Below, one piece after another: positions 20,478-30,958 of a stretch of 64,000 bases of DNA. Numbering within the stretch: position 1 is the first letter of the stretch; each line of letters starts with the position of its first letter. This DNA comes from Candidatus Bathyarchaeota archaeon. GTDB lineage: Archaea; Thermoproteota; CALKCG01; B24; DRYS01. The notes under the pieces were generated by a model that was not told the DNA's origin, did no database searches, and saw only the letters and a program-made list of their open reading frames with translations. The stretch is from contig JAGTQC010000001.1 in assembly GCA_018396535.1 (NCBI GenBank), forward strand, positions 96,001-160,000. Reading direction: 5' to 3'. The position numbers and the translations under genes are program-made.

Positions 20478-23400
20478 CTAGCTTTCATTAGATGATATTC
20501 CCACAGGCTCCATATAAATATCTACAAACCCTGTACCTATTGGAGTTACCTGTCCTACTATTATATTTTCAGTTACACCTTTGAGCTCATCTAGAGCTCC
20601 TCTAACAGCTGATTCCACTATACTTGGTACCGTTATCTCAAATGCAGCTTTAGCTAACGGACTAGGCTTCTGCCCAGCTACTCCATGGCGCCCTATCTGC
20701 GTGATTTTTCCAGTTCTAGTCATCATATCTGCAACAAGCATAACATGTCTCACATCTATATCTAAACCGCCACCTATTCCTTGGAATACATTCATCATCT
20801 CATTTATGATAACAGCTCTAGCCGCTTCTATTCCCAATACATCACAAATTTCGAAGAAATTATTAGTCTCCGTCCTCGACGGATCAACTCCATGAACTTC
20901 GACGACATCTGCAAGGTTAGATCCATCTGCTAGTAGAATCCATTCACCTCTATCCTCAGCTACCTGAATCCTCGCTATACCTTTCACGCCCTTCACGTGA
21001 ATAGATAGTATCTTTGATACCAGTATTCTTAGAGATTGCTCGTCAGCTATCCTGCCATCTCTATATCTAGCTATCACAACACCACGTTCAGGTACTACCG
21101 ATAATTCCACTTCTTTCATCTGAAGTTTATCTGATAGTAAATCGTATGATATACCGCGAGCATTCATCTCATCCACGTTAAGTATAAATTCTATACTACC
21201 AGTATCTATGTCCAGCAGATATTTCGATACTATATCCTTAAATGTTGTATAAACAAGCTCCTGAGCTATCTTAACTGCTTTCTCACGGTCGTAACGATAG
21301 GCTTCGATTAACCTTATAGTCATGATAGGTGTAGACGGTGTTCTACGAGCATCCACAATCTCTATCAATCTAGGTAGACCTAGTGTTACATCCCTTTCCT
21401 TAACACCAGCCCAGTGAAAGGTTCTAAGAGTCATCTGCGTGCCAGGTTCACCTATAGACTGCGCTGCAATTATCCCTACAGCCTCTCCGGGTTCTACCTG
21501 TGCATCTTCATATGCTCTATAAGCTTCTTCTAGTATTCTAGCTACGAGTGTTTTAGATGCTTTAATTTTAATGGATACATCTCGAATATCATCTAGTATG
21601 GATTTAGGTAAAATTTTCTCGAACTTAGATATAAGCTGCTCTATCTCGAATTCCGAAGCAGAAGGCTCCCCTAAACCTATGCCCTTGAGTGTAAGCTCAT
21701 TGCATAATCTAGTTATATTCACAGGTTTACCATGATCACTTTTAGATGGATCGACACCATCCTCACCATATTTAAATTGAACTATAGCACCTAATATATC
21801 GCGTACGGTCCCATCATATTCCACTCTAACAAGTTCTAACGCGTGTATAAGCCTCCTCTGTAAATAACCGCTCTGCTGTGTTCTTACGGCTGTATCTACT
21901 AACCCTTCTCTACCACCCATTGCATGGAAGAAGAATTCTGTAGGAGTTAATCCTTTAAGGAACGAGGATTTAACGAAGCCTCCCGCTTCTGGGTTTGGAT
22001 CTCTAGGTTTGAAGTGCGGCAACGCACGATCCCTTAATCCTCTAGGAACCCTACGTCCTCTCACAGATTGCTGCCCAAGACAAGCAGACATATGCCCTAT
22101 GTTAAGTGCTGAGCCCCTAGCACCAACTCTACTCATTATAACACCTCTATTCTCCATGGTGAATGATGATTCAGCTATTTCATCACATTTCTCCCTAGCC
22201 TTAGCTAGTTCATCCATTATCATTATTTCTAGACTCTCTTCCATGCTTTTACCTGGAAGCTTAAGCAACTTACCTTCCTCAGCTTGTCTTATTATTTCGA
22301 TAATCCTGCGATTAGCTTCATCCAATACTCTACGTATCTGTTCTTCGCTTTCTCCACGCAGTATAAGCTCATCTAAACTATATGAAAAACCTCTCATCGA
22401 AATGAACGTATTCAGGAGCTTACACAGCTTAGTTATGAATATTCTCCCTGCTTCACCACCATACTTCTTTACGTAAACATGTAGTAGCGTATCTGGTTTC
22501 TCTACACCTATAGCACCCTTATCGATAACCCCCTTTATTAGTACACCATTTTTAACGACTATTATACCATCATCAGGACATTCTTCATCTGGGGATGCGT
22601 GTTTATGTTTACATACGGATGATTTGCCAATATAGTTAAAATCTTTAGGTAAAAGTAGACTAAATATTTGTTTACCACTCCATAATGGTTCTGGCTCTTT
22701 AACTATAGGCGGCGGTAAATCGCCCGTATATTCTATAGCAGCTAGGAGCTTCCCAACCTCATCTTTAGTAAGTAAAGTTTCCCTACGAGTTAACAGATAT
22801 CCTGCTGTAAGGTAATCCCTCGTAGCCCCTATTATGGGGGCACCGTATCTAGGGGATATTATCTGTGTCTGGACTTGAGCTAGAATTCTAGCTTCAGCTT
22901 GGGCTTCCTCAGATTGAGGAACGTGAAGATTCATCTCATCTCCATCAAAATCTGCGTTGTAAGGCGTGCATACGGCTAAATGCAATCTAAATGTACGGTA
23001 CGGTAGGACTTTCACTCTATGAGCCATTATAGACATTCTATGGAGTGATGGTTGCCTATTGAACAGAACTATATCTCCATCTCTCAGATGTCTCTCGACT
23101 ATGTAGCCTACATCGAGTTCTTCAGCAATACGCTCCCTATCAGAGAATTCAAGTCTTATACGTCTTCCATCAGGTCTTATAACGTAGACAGCACCAGGAT
23201 GATTAAATGGCCCACGTTTAACAAGCTCCTTCATCTCCTCTATATTCCAAGCAGTAACCTTTTCTGGTACAGTAAGCTTCATAGCTATCTCTAAAGGTAC
23301 ACCGACTTCATCGATTTCTAGGTTTGGATCTGGTGAGATAACCGTCCTGGCCGAAAAATCTACACGCTTACCAGAGAGATTCAGCCTAAATCTGCCTTCT

Positions 23401-24329
23401 TTACCCTTTAATCTTTGAGCTAGAGTTCTAAGTGGTCTGCCAGATCTATGTCTAGCAGGAGGTATACCTGGGGTTTCATTATCAAAATATGTTGTCACAT
23501 GGTACTGTAAGAGATCTGCGAGCTCCTCCCTTATAGCTGTAGGAGCCCCGCTCTCTATACACTCTTTTATCCTTTCGTTTATCCTTACTATATCAACTAG
23601 TTTATGCGTAAGATCATCCTCAGAGCGTATACCGGATTCTAATGTTATAGATGGACGAACTACGAGAGGAGGAACTGGTAATATCTGTATGATCATCCAT
23701 TCAGGACGCGCAACTTCTGGATCAAATCCTAGGAGTCTTAAATCGTCATCAGGTATTCTCTCCAATCTACTCCGTATAGTTGTAGGATCGAGTGATATCC
23801 TTCCTCTTTCGGTAACCTCATAGAAAGACACTGGCTTAACAAACTCTATCTTAACTTGAGGAGACTTACAATGCGGACACTCATATACCTTACTAGCCTT
23901 TTTCACGATGATCCTTCTTAAAGCCTCAGGATACTCCTTTCTCTCTCTCAGTATACGCTTCAATAGCTTATCATATCTAGCTATCTCCTCCTCTGGTAAT
24001 AGTAGACGACCACAATTCCTACAAGTTACAGATAGAAGTTCGTGAACATGTTTCACGAAAGCTACATGAATAACGGGAGTTGCCAGTTTTATAGAGCCAA
24101 AGTGTCCTGGGCATCTAGAAGCAAGGTTGAAACAAGTTTTACATAGCTGTCCAGGTTCGAGGACACCCATCCTACCATCCATTAAGCCTGAAGCGATTGG
24201 CATACCATCTTCATCATATGTATCTGATGTAGTCACCTCTACGACGGAAAGCTTTTGTATATCGGTGGGTGATAGTATACCGAACTTTATACCTGCGATT
24301 CTACACCTAACAATTTCCTCCATACTCAT
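20478..24329 (-). CDS. rpoA1/rpoA2: DNA-directed RNA polymerase largest subunit, fused A'/A''
   Basis: NADFDGDEM catalytic motif and GEPGTQMT (A'' part) in one 1283-aa frame. Confidence 0.97.
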   Translation of the reverse strand: MSMEEIVRCRIAGIKFGILSPTDIQKLSVVEVTTSDTYDEDGMPIASGLMDGRMGVLEPGQLCKTCFNLASRCPGHFGSIKLATPVIHVAFVKHVHELLSVTCRNCGRLLLPEEEIARYDKLLKRILRERKEYPEALRRIIVKKASKVYECPHCKSPQVKIEFVKPVSFYEVTERGRISLDPTTIRSRLERIPDDDLRLLGFDPEVARPEWMIIQILPVPPLVVRPSITLESGIRSEDDLTHKLVDIVRINERIKECIESGAPTAIREELADLLQYHVTTYFDNETPGIPPARHRSGRPLRTLAQRLKGKEGRFRLNLSGKRVDFSARTVISPDPNLEIDEVGVPLEIAMKLTVPEKVTAWNIEEMKELVKRGPFNHPGAVYVIRPDGRRIRLEFSDRERIAEELDVGYIVERHLRDGDIVLFNRQPSLHRMSIMAHRVKVLPYRTFRLHLAVCTPYNADFDGDEMNLHVPQSEEAQAEARILAQVQTQIISPRYGAPIIGATRDYLTAGYLLTRRETLLTKDEVGKLLAAIEYTGDLPPPIVKEPEPLWSGKQIFSLLLPKDFNYIGKSSVCKHKHASPDEECPDDGIIVVKNGVLIKGVIDKGAIGVEKPDTLLHVYVKKYGGEAGRIFITKLCKLLNTFISMRGFSYSLDELILRGESEEQIRRVLDEANRRIIEIIRQAEEGKLLKLPGKSMEESLEIMIMDELAKAREKCDEIAESSFTMENRGVIMSRVGARGSALNIGHMSACLGQQSVRGRRVPRGLRDRALPHFKPRDPNPEAGGFVKSSFLKGLTPTEFFFHAMGGREGLVDTAVRTQQSGYLQRRLIHALELVRVEYDGTVRDILGAIVQFKYGEDGVDPSKSDHGKPVNITRLCNELTLKGIGLGEPSASEFEIEQLISKFEKILPKSILDDIRDVSIKIKASKTLVARILEEAYRAYEDAQVEPGEAVGIIAAQSIGEPGTQMTLRTFHWAGVKERDVTLGLPRLIEIVDARRTPSTPIMTIRLIEAYRYDREKAVKIAQELVYTTFKDIVSKYLLDIDTGSIEFILNVDEMNARGISYDLLSDKLQMKEVELSVVPERGVVIARYRDGRIADEQSLRILVSKILSIHVKGVKGIARIQVAEDRGEWILLADGSNLADVVEVHGVDPSRTETNNFFEICDVLGIEAARAVIINEMMNVFQGIGGGLDIDVRHVMLVADMMTRTGKITQIGRHGVAGQKPSPLAKAAFEITVPSIVESAVRGALDELKGVTENIIVGQVTPIGTGFVDIYMEPVGISSNES

Positions 24330-24333
24330 CCTT

Positions 24334-27300
24334 CTACGACACCTCCTCTACCAAAAGCCTAGGAGCTATGCACAAACTCATAAGCTCTTGAAGTAGAAGT
24401 TTGAATGCATAAGCTACGGTTATAGGGACTATCTTAGCCTGATCTCCACAAATATGACACTTATACTCTCTACGTCTATTATCATAATATCCTAGGAAAC
24501 CGCAATTCTTGCACACATATATAGTTGTAGCATCGGATTCCTCTAACAATCTGTCCTTAAGTAATGCTGCAGCACCGTGAGCTATCAAGCAATCTCTCTC
24601 CATCTCACCAAACCTTAAGCCACCACCTCTAGCCCTTCCTTCAGTAGGTTGACGCGTAAGCATTTGCACCTGCCCTCTGGCCCTTGCATGTATCTTATCG
24701 GCAACCATATGATGAAGCTTCTGATAGTATACGACACCTATGAATATATCGGCTTCAAACTTGTATCCAGTAGTCCCATCATACATTATCTCTCTACCGC
24801 CATACCTAAAGCCGAGCTTTCTAAGAATTTCATCAAGTTTATCTGCAGAATCATTTATGAAAGCCGTCCCATCTACGAATCTGCCAGTTATAGCTCCTAT
24901 CTTACCGGCTACAGATTCCATAAGTTGTCCTACGGTCATCCTAGAAGGTATGGCATGCGGGTTTATTATGATATCTGGGACTATACCATCCTCTGTGAAC
25001 GGCATATCCTCCTGTCTAAACACTACACCTATCACACCTTTCTGTCCATGCCTAGAAGCAAATTTATCTCCAAGTTCAGGAATTCTAGGCTCTCTAACTT
25101 TAACTTTGGCTATTCTATTACCCTGGGCATCCGCAGTTAATATTACTGTATCGACTATAGCGGATCCTCTAGATTTAAGCGAAAGAGACGTATCTCGACG
25201 AGATAGACCATAGACGCCTAATTCACGATATTCCTCCATAAATCTCGGAGGACTTGTTTTACCTACAAGAACATCACCAGTTGAAAGTTCACACTCAGGG
25301 TAGGTTAGACCATCAGGTTCAAGCTTCATGTAATAGCTTTCACCTTTATAGCCTTTCGTCTCTGGTGATGGGACCTCGAACCTATCAGTTTCCCCACCCA
25401 TATACTGGTAGCATTCAGCTTCATATGTCTTGAAGAATGTAGATCTCATCAGACCCCTATCTATAGACGATTTATTAAAGATTATAGCGTCCTCCATATT
25501 ATATCCAGAGTACGATATAATCGCTACTACGACATTCTGTCCAGTAGGCCTCTTATGATAGCCCATAATTTCCATGGGTTTAGTTTGAACTATAGGTATC
25601 TGTGGATAGTGTAGTAGATGCCCGCGACTATCTACCCTAAAGTAATAGTTTGTGGCATAAACTCCTAGGGCTTGCTTAGCCATAGCTGCTTCATAACTAT
25701 TTCTTGGAGAATGGTTATGCTCGGCATAAGGTATTAGCGAAGCACATACACCGAAAATCGTGTATGGAGCTATTTCTAAATGAGTCGTCTCTTCGGAGAT
25801 ATCCTTGTAACTTAAAGCTACTAGACAATTTTCCTCCTCTTCCGCATCTATATATTCTATCACACCCGTATAGATTAAATCATCCCATGTGATTAGACCC
25901 TTCCGTAAAGCTTCTATATGTTCTCTAGTAAGTAGAGGATACCCGTTCTCTACGACTATAAGTGGCCGTCTACATCTTCCTGAATCACAATTTATGTACA
26001 GTTCTTTAACATCTTCAAAATATGCTACATTGACCTCTGGACTTAACTTTCCAGCTCTTCTAAGTTTTTTAAGTTCTCTAATTAGTTCTTTAGGATTATA
26101 TGTGAAACCAAATGGAACACCATCTATATACACACGGGGAGCATTAAGTTTAATGGTACGGTCTGCTTCATCGAACGGTATACATCCGAGCTTAACTAGA
26201 ATTTGTTTAACCTCTTCCACATCAGCTGAAACGGATATATTTGCCATTAAAGCTAGGTTCTTAACTAAACCACAGTTGGATCCTTCAGGTGTTTCGTTAG
26301 GACAAAGACGGCCCCAATGAGTAGAATGTAGATCTCTAGCTTCGAAATTTGGCTGGGTACGACTTAGTGGCGATTGAAGCCTTCTAAGATGACTTAACGT
26401 TGATATAGAATTTGTCCTATCTAAAAGCTGAGTTACACCAACTCTCCCACGTCCCCAGTTCCCTGTAGCTAGAGCATGCTGAATACGTTCAGTCAATATG
26501 CTAGGTCTAACGATCGATCTTAAAGGTATAATTCTACCTTTCTCTAGTTTTCTGTAGAGCTTCTCGAGTTGATAGCTCATATCCTTAACTAAATCCCTGA
26601 ATACTGTTCTGAATAGATCTCCTAGAAGTTGACCTGCAAGTCTTATACGTTTATTAGCATAATGATCTTTATCATCCTGCTTTCTTAAACCTAGACGTAA
26701 TTCTATGATTCTTCTAACCATTTCTGCAAGGAATATTGCTTTAACTCTCCTTGAATCGGGGGTTCTACCTAGGTGTAGGAGGAAGTTTCTATCTAGTATC
26801 ATTAAGGCTCTATTTTTACGTCTCTCAGGAGATTGCGCGAACGCCACACGATTTCCTATATATATTAAGGCATCATCCTGTGTATCTATGCCTGACACTT
26901 TATCAAAAGATGGTTCAAGCCACTGATATATATTGGGATCTAAAGATACAAGTTCTGCTATCTCTCTATCTTTCTCTATACCAAGAGCTTTCATAACTAC
27001 AATGAAAGGCAGTTCTACAGGAACACTCGGCATGGAAACTGTTATTGTTCCATCCTTTTTCATCTTAACTTCAACTTTGGTTCTGTAGCCTATTATGGTG
27101 GAGAACACTTTTGCTCGATATATCTTTGTGTTATCGTCGTAGTCTACTAATATGCGATTAGGTGCTAAATCTTCTATACCGACTATAATTCTTTCTGAAC
27201 CATTTATTATGAAGTACCCTCCTGGATCCTCGGGATCCTCACCTATAGATATAAGCTCATCTTCGGTCATCTGGCTTAGAGGACATATTCTGGATTTAAG

Positions 27301-27693
27301 CATAATCGGTAGATCTCCTATGTATATCAACTCCATCTTGCCTTCTCGACCATCTATTATTGGAGTTACTTCAAGGTATAGAGGGGCGGCGTAAGTAAGG
27401 TTTCGAAGTCTACAATCCATGGGTGTAACTTCGGTTTCTGACCCATCGACTTCAAATACCTTTGGCCTACCTATATGAATCTTACCGAATTTTAACTGTA
27501 TGCTCATTCCTCTAACATAAACCGAGATCCCTCCTATACTTTCGACTATGGAATTTAAATCACGTTCAATAAATTCATTATAAGAGTCGAGATGCTGACC
27601 TGCAAGTTTCCGAGATTGAAAGAAAGCTTTCATTAAGAACCATAGATCCTCTGAAGAAAGCCATACATCCTCAGAGTGTTTATCTGCCGACAT
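24334..27693 (-). CDS. rpoB: DNA-directed RNA polymerase subunit B (unsplit)
   Basis: GGYFIING.E, GDKFASRHGQKG and GGLRFGEMERD motifs, plus a C-terminal Zn finger. Confidence 0.98.
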   Translation of the reverse strand: MSADKHSEDVWLSSEDLWFLMKAFFQSRKLAGQHLDSYNEFIERDLNSIVESIGGISVYVRGMSIQLKFGKIHIGRPKVFEVDGSETEVTPMDCRLRNLTYAAPLYLEVTPIIDGREGKMELIYIGDLPIMLKSRICPLSQMTEDELISIGEDPEDPGGYFIINGSERIIVGIEDLAPNRILVDYDDNTKIYRAKVFSTIIGYRTKVEVKMKKDGTITVSMPSVPVELPFIVVMKALGIEKDREIAELVSLDPNIYQWLEPSFDKVSGIDTQDDALIYIGNRVAFAQSPERRKNRALMILDRNFLLHLGRTPDSRRVKAIFLAEMVRRIIELRLGLRKQDDKDHYANKRIRLAGQLLGDLFRTVFRDLVKDMSYQLEKLYRKLEKGRIIPLRSIVRPSILTERIQHALATGNWGRGRVGVTQLLDRTNSISTLSHLRRLQSPLSRTQPNFEARDLHSTHWGRLCPNETPEGSNCGLVKNLALMANISVSADVEEVKQILVKLGCIPFDEADRTIKLNAPRVYIDGVPFGFTYNPKELIRELKKLRRAGKLSPEVNVAYFEDVKELYINCDSGRCRRPLIVVENGYPLLTREHIEALRKGLITWDDLIYTGVIEYIDAEEEENCLVALSYKDISEETTHLEIAPYTIFGVCASLIPYAEHNHSPRNSYEAAMAKQALGVYATNYYFRVDSRGHLLHYPQIPIVQTKPMEIMGYHKRPTGQNVVVAIISYSGYNMEDAIIFNKSSIDRGLMRSTFFKTYEAECYQYMGGETDRFEVPSPETKGYKGESYYMKLEPDGLTYPECELSTGDVLVGKTSPPRFMEEYRELGVYGLSRRDTSLSLKSRGSAIVDTVILTADAQGNRIAKVKVREPRIPELGDKFASRHGQKGVIGVVFRQEDMPFTEDGIVPDIIINPHAIPSRMTVGQLMESVAGKIGAITGRFVDGTAFINDSADKLDEILRKLGFRYGGREIMYDGTTGYKFEADIFIGVVYYQKLHHMVADKIHARARGQVQMLTRQPTEGRARGGGLRFGEMERDCLIAHGAAALLKDRLLEESDATTIYVCKNCGFLGYYDNRRREYKCHICGDQAKIVPITVAYAFKLLLQELMSLCIAPRLLVEEVS

Positions 27694-27695
27694 GA

Positions 27696-27950
27696 TCAGC
27701 CCTCCGTTACGTATCTATAGGCTATGGCAACCCCTGCTGTAGGGCTTTTACGTCTAACCCTAATTATATCACCTGGTCTACCACCTATTGCTATAACTGC
27801 AGGGTCTGAAACTCTTATTAAAGGCAGTTGGTAAGGTTTTACACCATACTTTTTAAGAACATTCTCAGCATCTATATAACTGAGTAACTCGTGTCTAGGT
27901 ACAAGGAAATGATCGAATATATTGAACTTAAGTTTGGATCTATTTTTCAA
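27696..27950 (-). CDS. rpoH: DNA-directed RNA polymerase subunit H (Rpo5)
   Basis: H.LVP.H, QLP.I..SDP and RKSPTAG...YR motifs. TTG 27950 follows GGAGGT, so it is preferred over the longer ORF. Confidence 0.94.
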   Translation of the reverse strand: MKNRSKLKFNIFDHFLVPRHELLSYIDAENVLKKYGVKPYQLPLIRVSDPAVIAIGGRPGDIIRVRRKSPTAGVAIAYRYVTEG

Positions 27951-28085
27951 GAGAACTGAACCTCCATCACTAGTACCAGAGACTAAACTAGTAGCAGTGT
28001 ATACTTGCTTATAAACGTTACTCAATTGTAATGCATCCTAGAATATTTATTAACCACCCATAAAGCAAATAATTTTCTAGAAGAC

Positions 28086-29429
28086 ATGATGACAAATTTA
28101 GAATGGTACCAAGAGGATTTCTGGGTTAAAGTCTTCACAACGTCACCAGACGCAGTAGATCCCGATGAGAATGTGATATGTACATACTATATAGAACCTA
28201 GAACAGGGATGAGTCTTAAAGATGCAGGCATCTACGTAGCGGCTGAAGAGAGCATAGGTACATGGACCAGAGTGGGCACTATGCAGGATTATGTTCTACG
28301 ATATGCAGCTAAAGTCTTTGAGACCATAGAAGTAGGAGGTGGAGGTATAGTGAAGGTAGCATACCCATTAGATCTCTTCGATCTGGATGCAGGGATATCT
28401 CATATGTTAAGCATAATAGCCGGTAACCTATTTGGGATTAGCGCTGTAGATAATATCAGACTCCTAGATCTAGAGCTACCAAGGGAGTATGCAGAAGTTT
28501 TCAGAGGACCTAAATTCGGTATAGAAGGGGTCCGTAGACTAGTTGGTACTGATAGGAAGCCTAGACCACATTTGGGGACTATTATAAAGCCTAAGGTCGG
28601 ACTTACTGCTAAAGATTTTGCTAAAGTTGCATATGAAGCTGCTATGGGAGGAGTAGATTTCATCAAAGATGACGAAACATTAACGAGTCAGAAGTTTAAT
28701 ACGGTAGAAGATAGGATTACACATGTTATGAATGCCCTAGATAAAGTTAAATCTGAGACAGGAAGAAATGTGCTATACGCGTGCGACATAACGTCAGACT
28801 ATAATCGCTTATTTAAGCATGCAGAGACAGTTTTAGAACATGGCGGAAATTGCGTAATGGTTGATGTACTCTGTACAGGTTATGCTGCTTTGAGAGCTCT
28901 AGCAGAGGATCCATCTATAAAGGTACCTATACATGTACATAGAGCTCTACATGCAGCTATGACTCGTAATCCTAAACATGGAATACATATGATGGTTATA
29001 GCTAAACTTGTGAGGTTAGCTGGCGGTGATCAGTTACATACAGGTACGGCTGTCGGTAAGATGGAGAAGCCTAGAGGACCATCAGATATATTAGATGAAT
29101 GGAGAGGGATAAGAGCTATAAGAAGGATAAACGATATGTTAAGATCACCCTGGTTCCATCTTAAGACTATACTACCAGTTGCTTCAGGTGGTATACATCC
29201 CGCAATAGTTCCAGATAATCTTGAAGCCTTAGGCTCACCAGATATACAAGTCAATGCTGGCGGAGGCATACATGGACATCCTATGGGTAGCAGAGCCGGA
29301 GCTACAGCTATGATGCAAGCTATAGAAGCCTATATGAATGGAATAACGTTAGAAGAATATAGCAAGACTCATGAAGAATTAAGGATAGCACTAGAGTATT
29401 GGGGCTATAAATTTAAAGCTGAAGACTAA
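28086..29429 (+). CDS. rbcL: RuBisCO large subunit, form III-like
   Basis: AEESIGTW, AGNLFG, IKPKVGL, DFIKDDE, HRA.H, HTGT..GKM, SGG and GGG.HGHP. The catalytic and RuBP-binding residues appear retained. Confidence 0.9.
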   Translation: MMTNLEWYQEDFWVKVFTTSPDAVDPDENVICTYYIEPRTGMSLKDAGIYVAAEESIGTWTRVGTMQDYVLRYAAKVFETIEVGGGGIVKVAYPLDLFDLDAGISHMLSIIAGNLFGISAVDNIRLLDLELPREYAEVFRGPKFGIEGVRRLVGTDRKPRPHLGTIIKPKVGLTAKDFAKVAYEAAMGGVDFIKDDETLTSQKFNTVEDRITHVMNALDKVKSETGRNVLYACDITSDYNRLFKHAETVLEHGGNCVMVDVLCTGYAALRALAEDPSIKVPIHVHRALHAAMTRNPKHGIHMMVIAKLVRLAGGDQLHTGTAVGKMEKPRGPSDILDEWRGIRAIRRINDMLRSPWFHLKTILPVASGGIHPAIVPDNLEALGSPDIQVNAGGGIHGHPMGSRAGATAMMQAIEAYMNGITLEEYSKTHEELRIALEYWGYKFKAED

Positions 29430-29486
29430 GTGAAGCCATAGTAAACTTAATATACTATACATGTATGTTTATGTTACTTTATTTTG

Positions 29487-29543
29487 ATGATGAAGGATTT
29501 GGGGACATCTGAGAGCTCCTATGAAGAGTTTGCCGAATGCTGA
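29487..29543 (+). ncRNA. Probable C/D-box methylation guide sRNA
   Basis: C box ATGATGA (29487-93), 15-nt guide, D' CTGA (29509-12), C' ATGAAGA (29521-27), 12-nt guide, D box CTGA (29540-43). AT-rich TATA-like sequence about 35 nt upstream. Confidence 0.72.
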
Positions 29544-30862
29544 CCACTATAATCCTTGATAAGCTTCAAAGTTCTCTCTGCCAACTCTGATATACTTGTA
29601 ATACCTATACCAGAAACAGCAGATGCTACCCTATCGTTTAATGGTCTAACCCAACATTCTGGAATACCCCTTCTACCTAGCATAACACCTAGTATAGATC
29701 CTACGGTAGCACAATTACAATCAGTATCTAAACCAGATAGTAGAGCATAATATAATGTTTTAGTGAAATCTCCTTCACCCCATAGAAGCGATGATGTAAC
29801 TATAGCAGCGTTATTTATGGTATGGACGGGATGGTAACTACTGTATCTTGTAAGTATTTGCTCTATAGCTTCAAACCATGATAATCCTTTACGATACAGA
29901 TCTAAGACGAAGTTTAAGGCTTCAAATAACCTACTCCTAGATGGGATACTCTTTAAACCATCAAGTATTAAATCGAACGGTGATACATGGTAAAACGCCA
30001 GGGATATTAGGGATGCCACGTATAACTCGCCATATATACCGTTCTTAGTATGTGATAGGATAGAATCTTTGAAAGCATAGTTTAGAGCTTGTTCAGGCCT
30101 TCCTGGGGATATGTATCCCCAGAAATCCGCTCTTATCTGGGCACCTATCCATTCACGATAGGGATTAAGGTATGTAGCAGTGTTTGGAGGCTTTAATCCT
30201 ATAACTAGGTTTCTATAAGCAATCCTTTCAGCAGTATATATGGACTTGTATGGTAGATGGAGGAGCCACATCTCACCTATATCGATTGAATCAAAATTGG
30301 ATCCATACCTTTCATAGATTAAGAGATTCATTATTGTATAATCGATATCATCATCCCTTTCGACCATAACGATGCTTCCTCTAGTTAACTTTAAAACATT
30401 ACGACGCTTCTTTTCATCAACTTCGTTAAAAGCTTCAAACGGAATATATGGTTCCCTTAACGGATATTCTCCTATCCTGGATAGAGCATGCTTGATCTGA
30501 TTATATGTCCATCCCTCGATTGGCTTACCTAACATACAACCAGCACATCTACCAAGCCATCCGCCTAGAATCTTATCACGTATAGAATTCATTGGTACAG
30601 GATACTCCTCGAAGAAACCCTGTCTCTCACCTTGTATACTAGACCAGTCTGATGGCTCTATATAGCTATACGTATTTCTAGGCTTGCATGATCCAAGTTC
30701 TGAGTATATATCCATAAGCATATCGATCGAGGTAACGGCAGATATCCGGTTTATGTAATCCTCAACATCTACCGTAAACCCTTCCTCGAATCTTTCTAAA
30801 ACTTCGTATTTCAATAGTAATTTAATCTCATCTAAATTTGCTAGAGTATGTAGAGGCTTCAT
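29519..30862 (-). CDS. ADP-ribosylglycohydrolase family protein
   Basis: GGWLGR.AG..LG.P.EG, DDDIDYT, IGAQIRAD and GLDTDCN metal-binding motifs. Confidence 0.9.
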   Translation of the reverse strand: MKPLHTLANLDEIKLLLKYEVLERFEEGFTVDVEDYINRISAVTSIDMLMDIYSELGSCKPRNTYSYIEPSDWSSIQGERQGFFEEYPVPMNSIRDKILGGWLGRCAGCMLGKPIEGWTYNQIKHALSRIGEYPLREPYIPFEAFNEVDEKKRRNVLKLTRGSIVMVERDDDIDYTIMNLLIYERYGSNFDSIDIGEMWLLHLPYKSIYTAERIAYRNLVIGLKPPNTATYLNPYREWIGAQIRADFWGYISPGRPEQALNYAFKDSILSHTKNGIYGELYVASLISLAFYHVSPFDLILDGLKSIPSRSRLFEALNFVLDLYRKGLSWFEAIEQILTRYSSYHPVHTINNAAIVTSSLLWGEGDFTKTLYYALLSGLDTDCNCATVGSILGVMLGRRGIPECWVRPLNDRVASAVSGIGITSISELAERTLKLIKDYSGQHSANSS

Positions 30863-30958
30863 ATCCTAACTATTGGTCTAATACGTCAATCTATTTAAGC
30901 CTAACATAGCGGAACTAGAAATGTCATCATGAGTAGGAGCAAAATAGATAATCGTAGA

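Noticed and set aside
27951-28025. Apparent 25-aa N-terminal extension of RpoH
   Set aside because: It runs into the promoter region. The SD-preceded TTG at 27950 gives a normal-size subunit.
30886-30930. Second possible C/D sRNA on the minus strand (ATGATGA at 30930)
   Set aside because: The D', C' and D boxes are all degenerate, and the region is better explained as the TATA promoter of the ARH gene.
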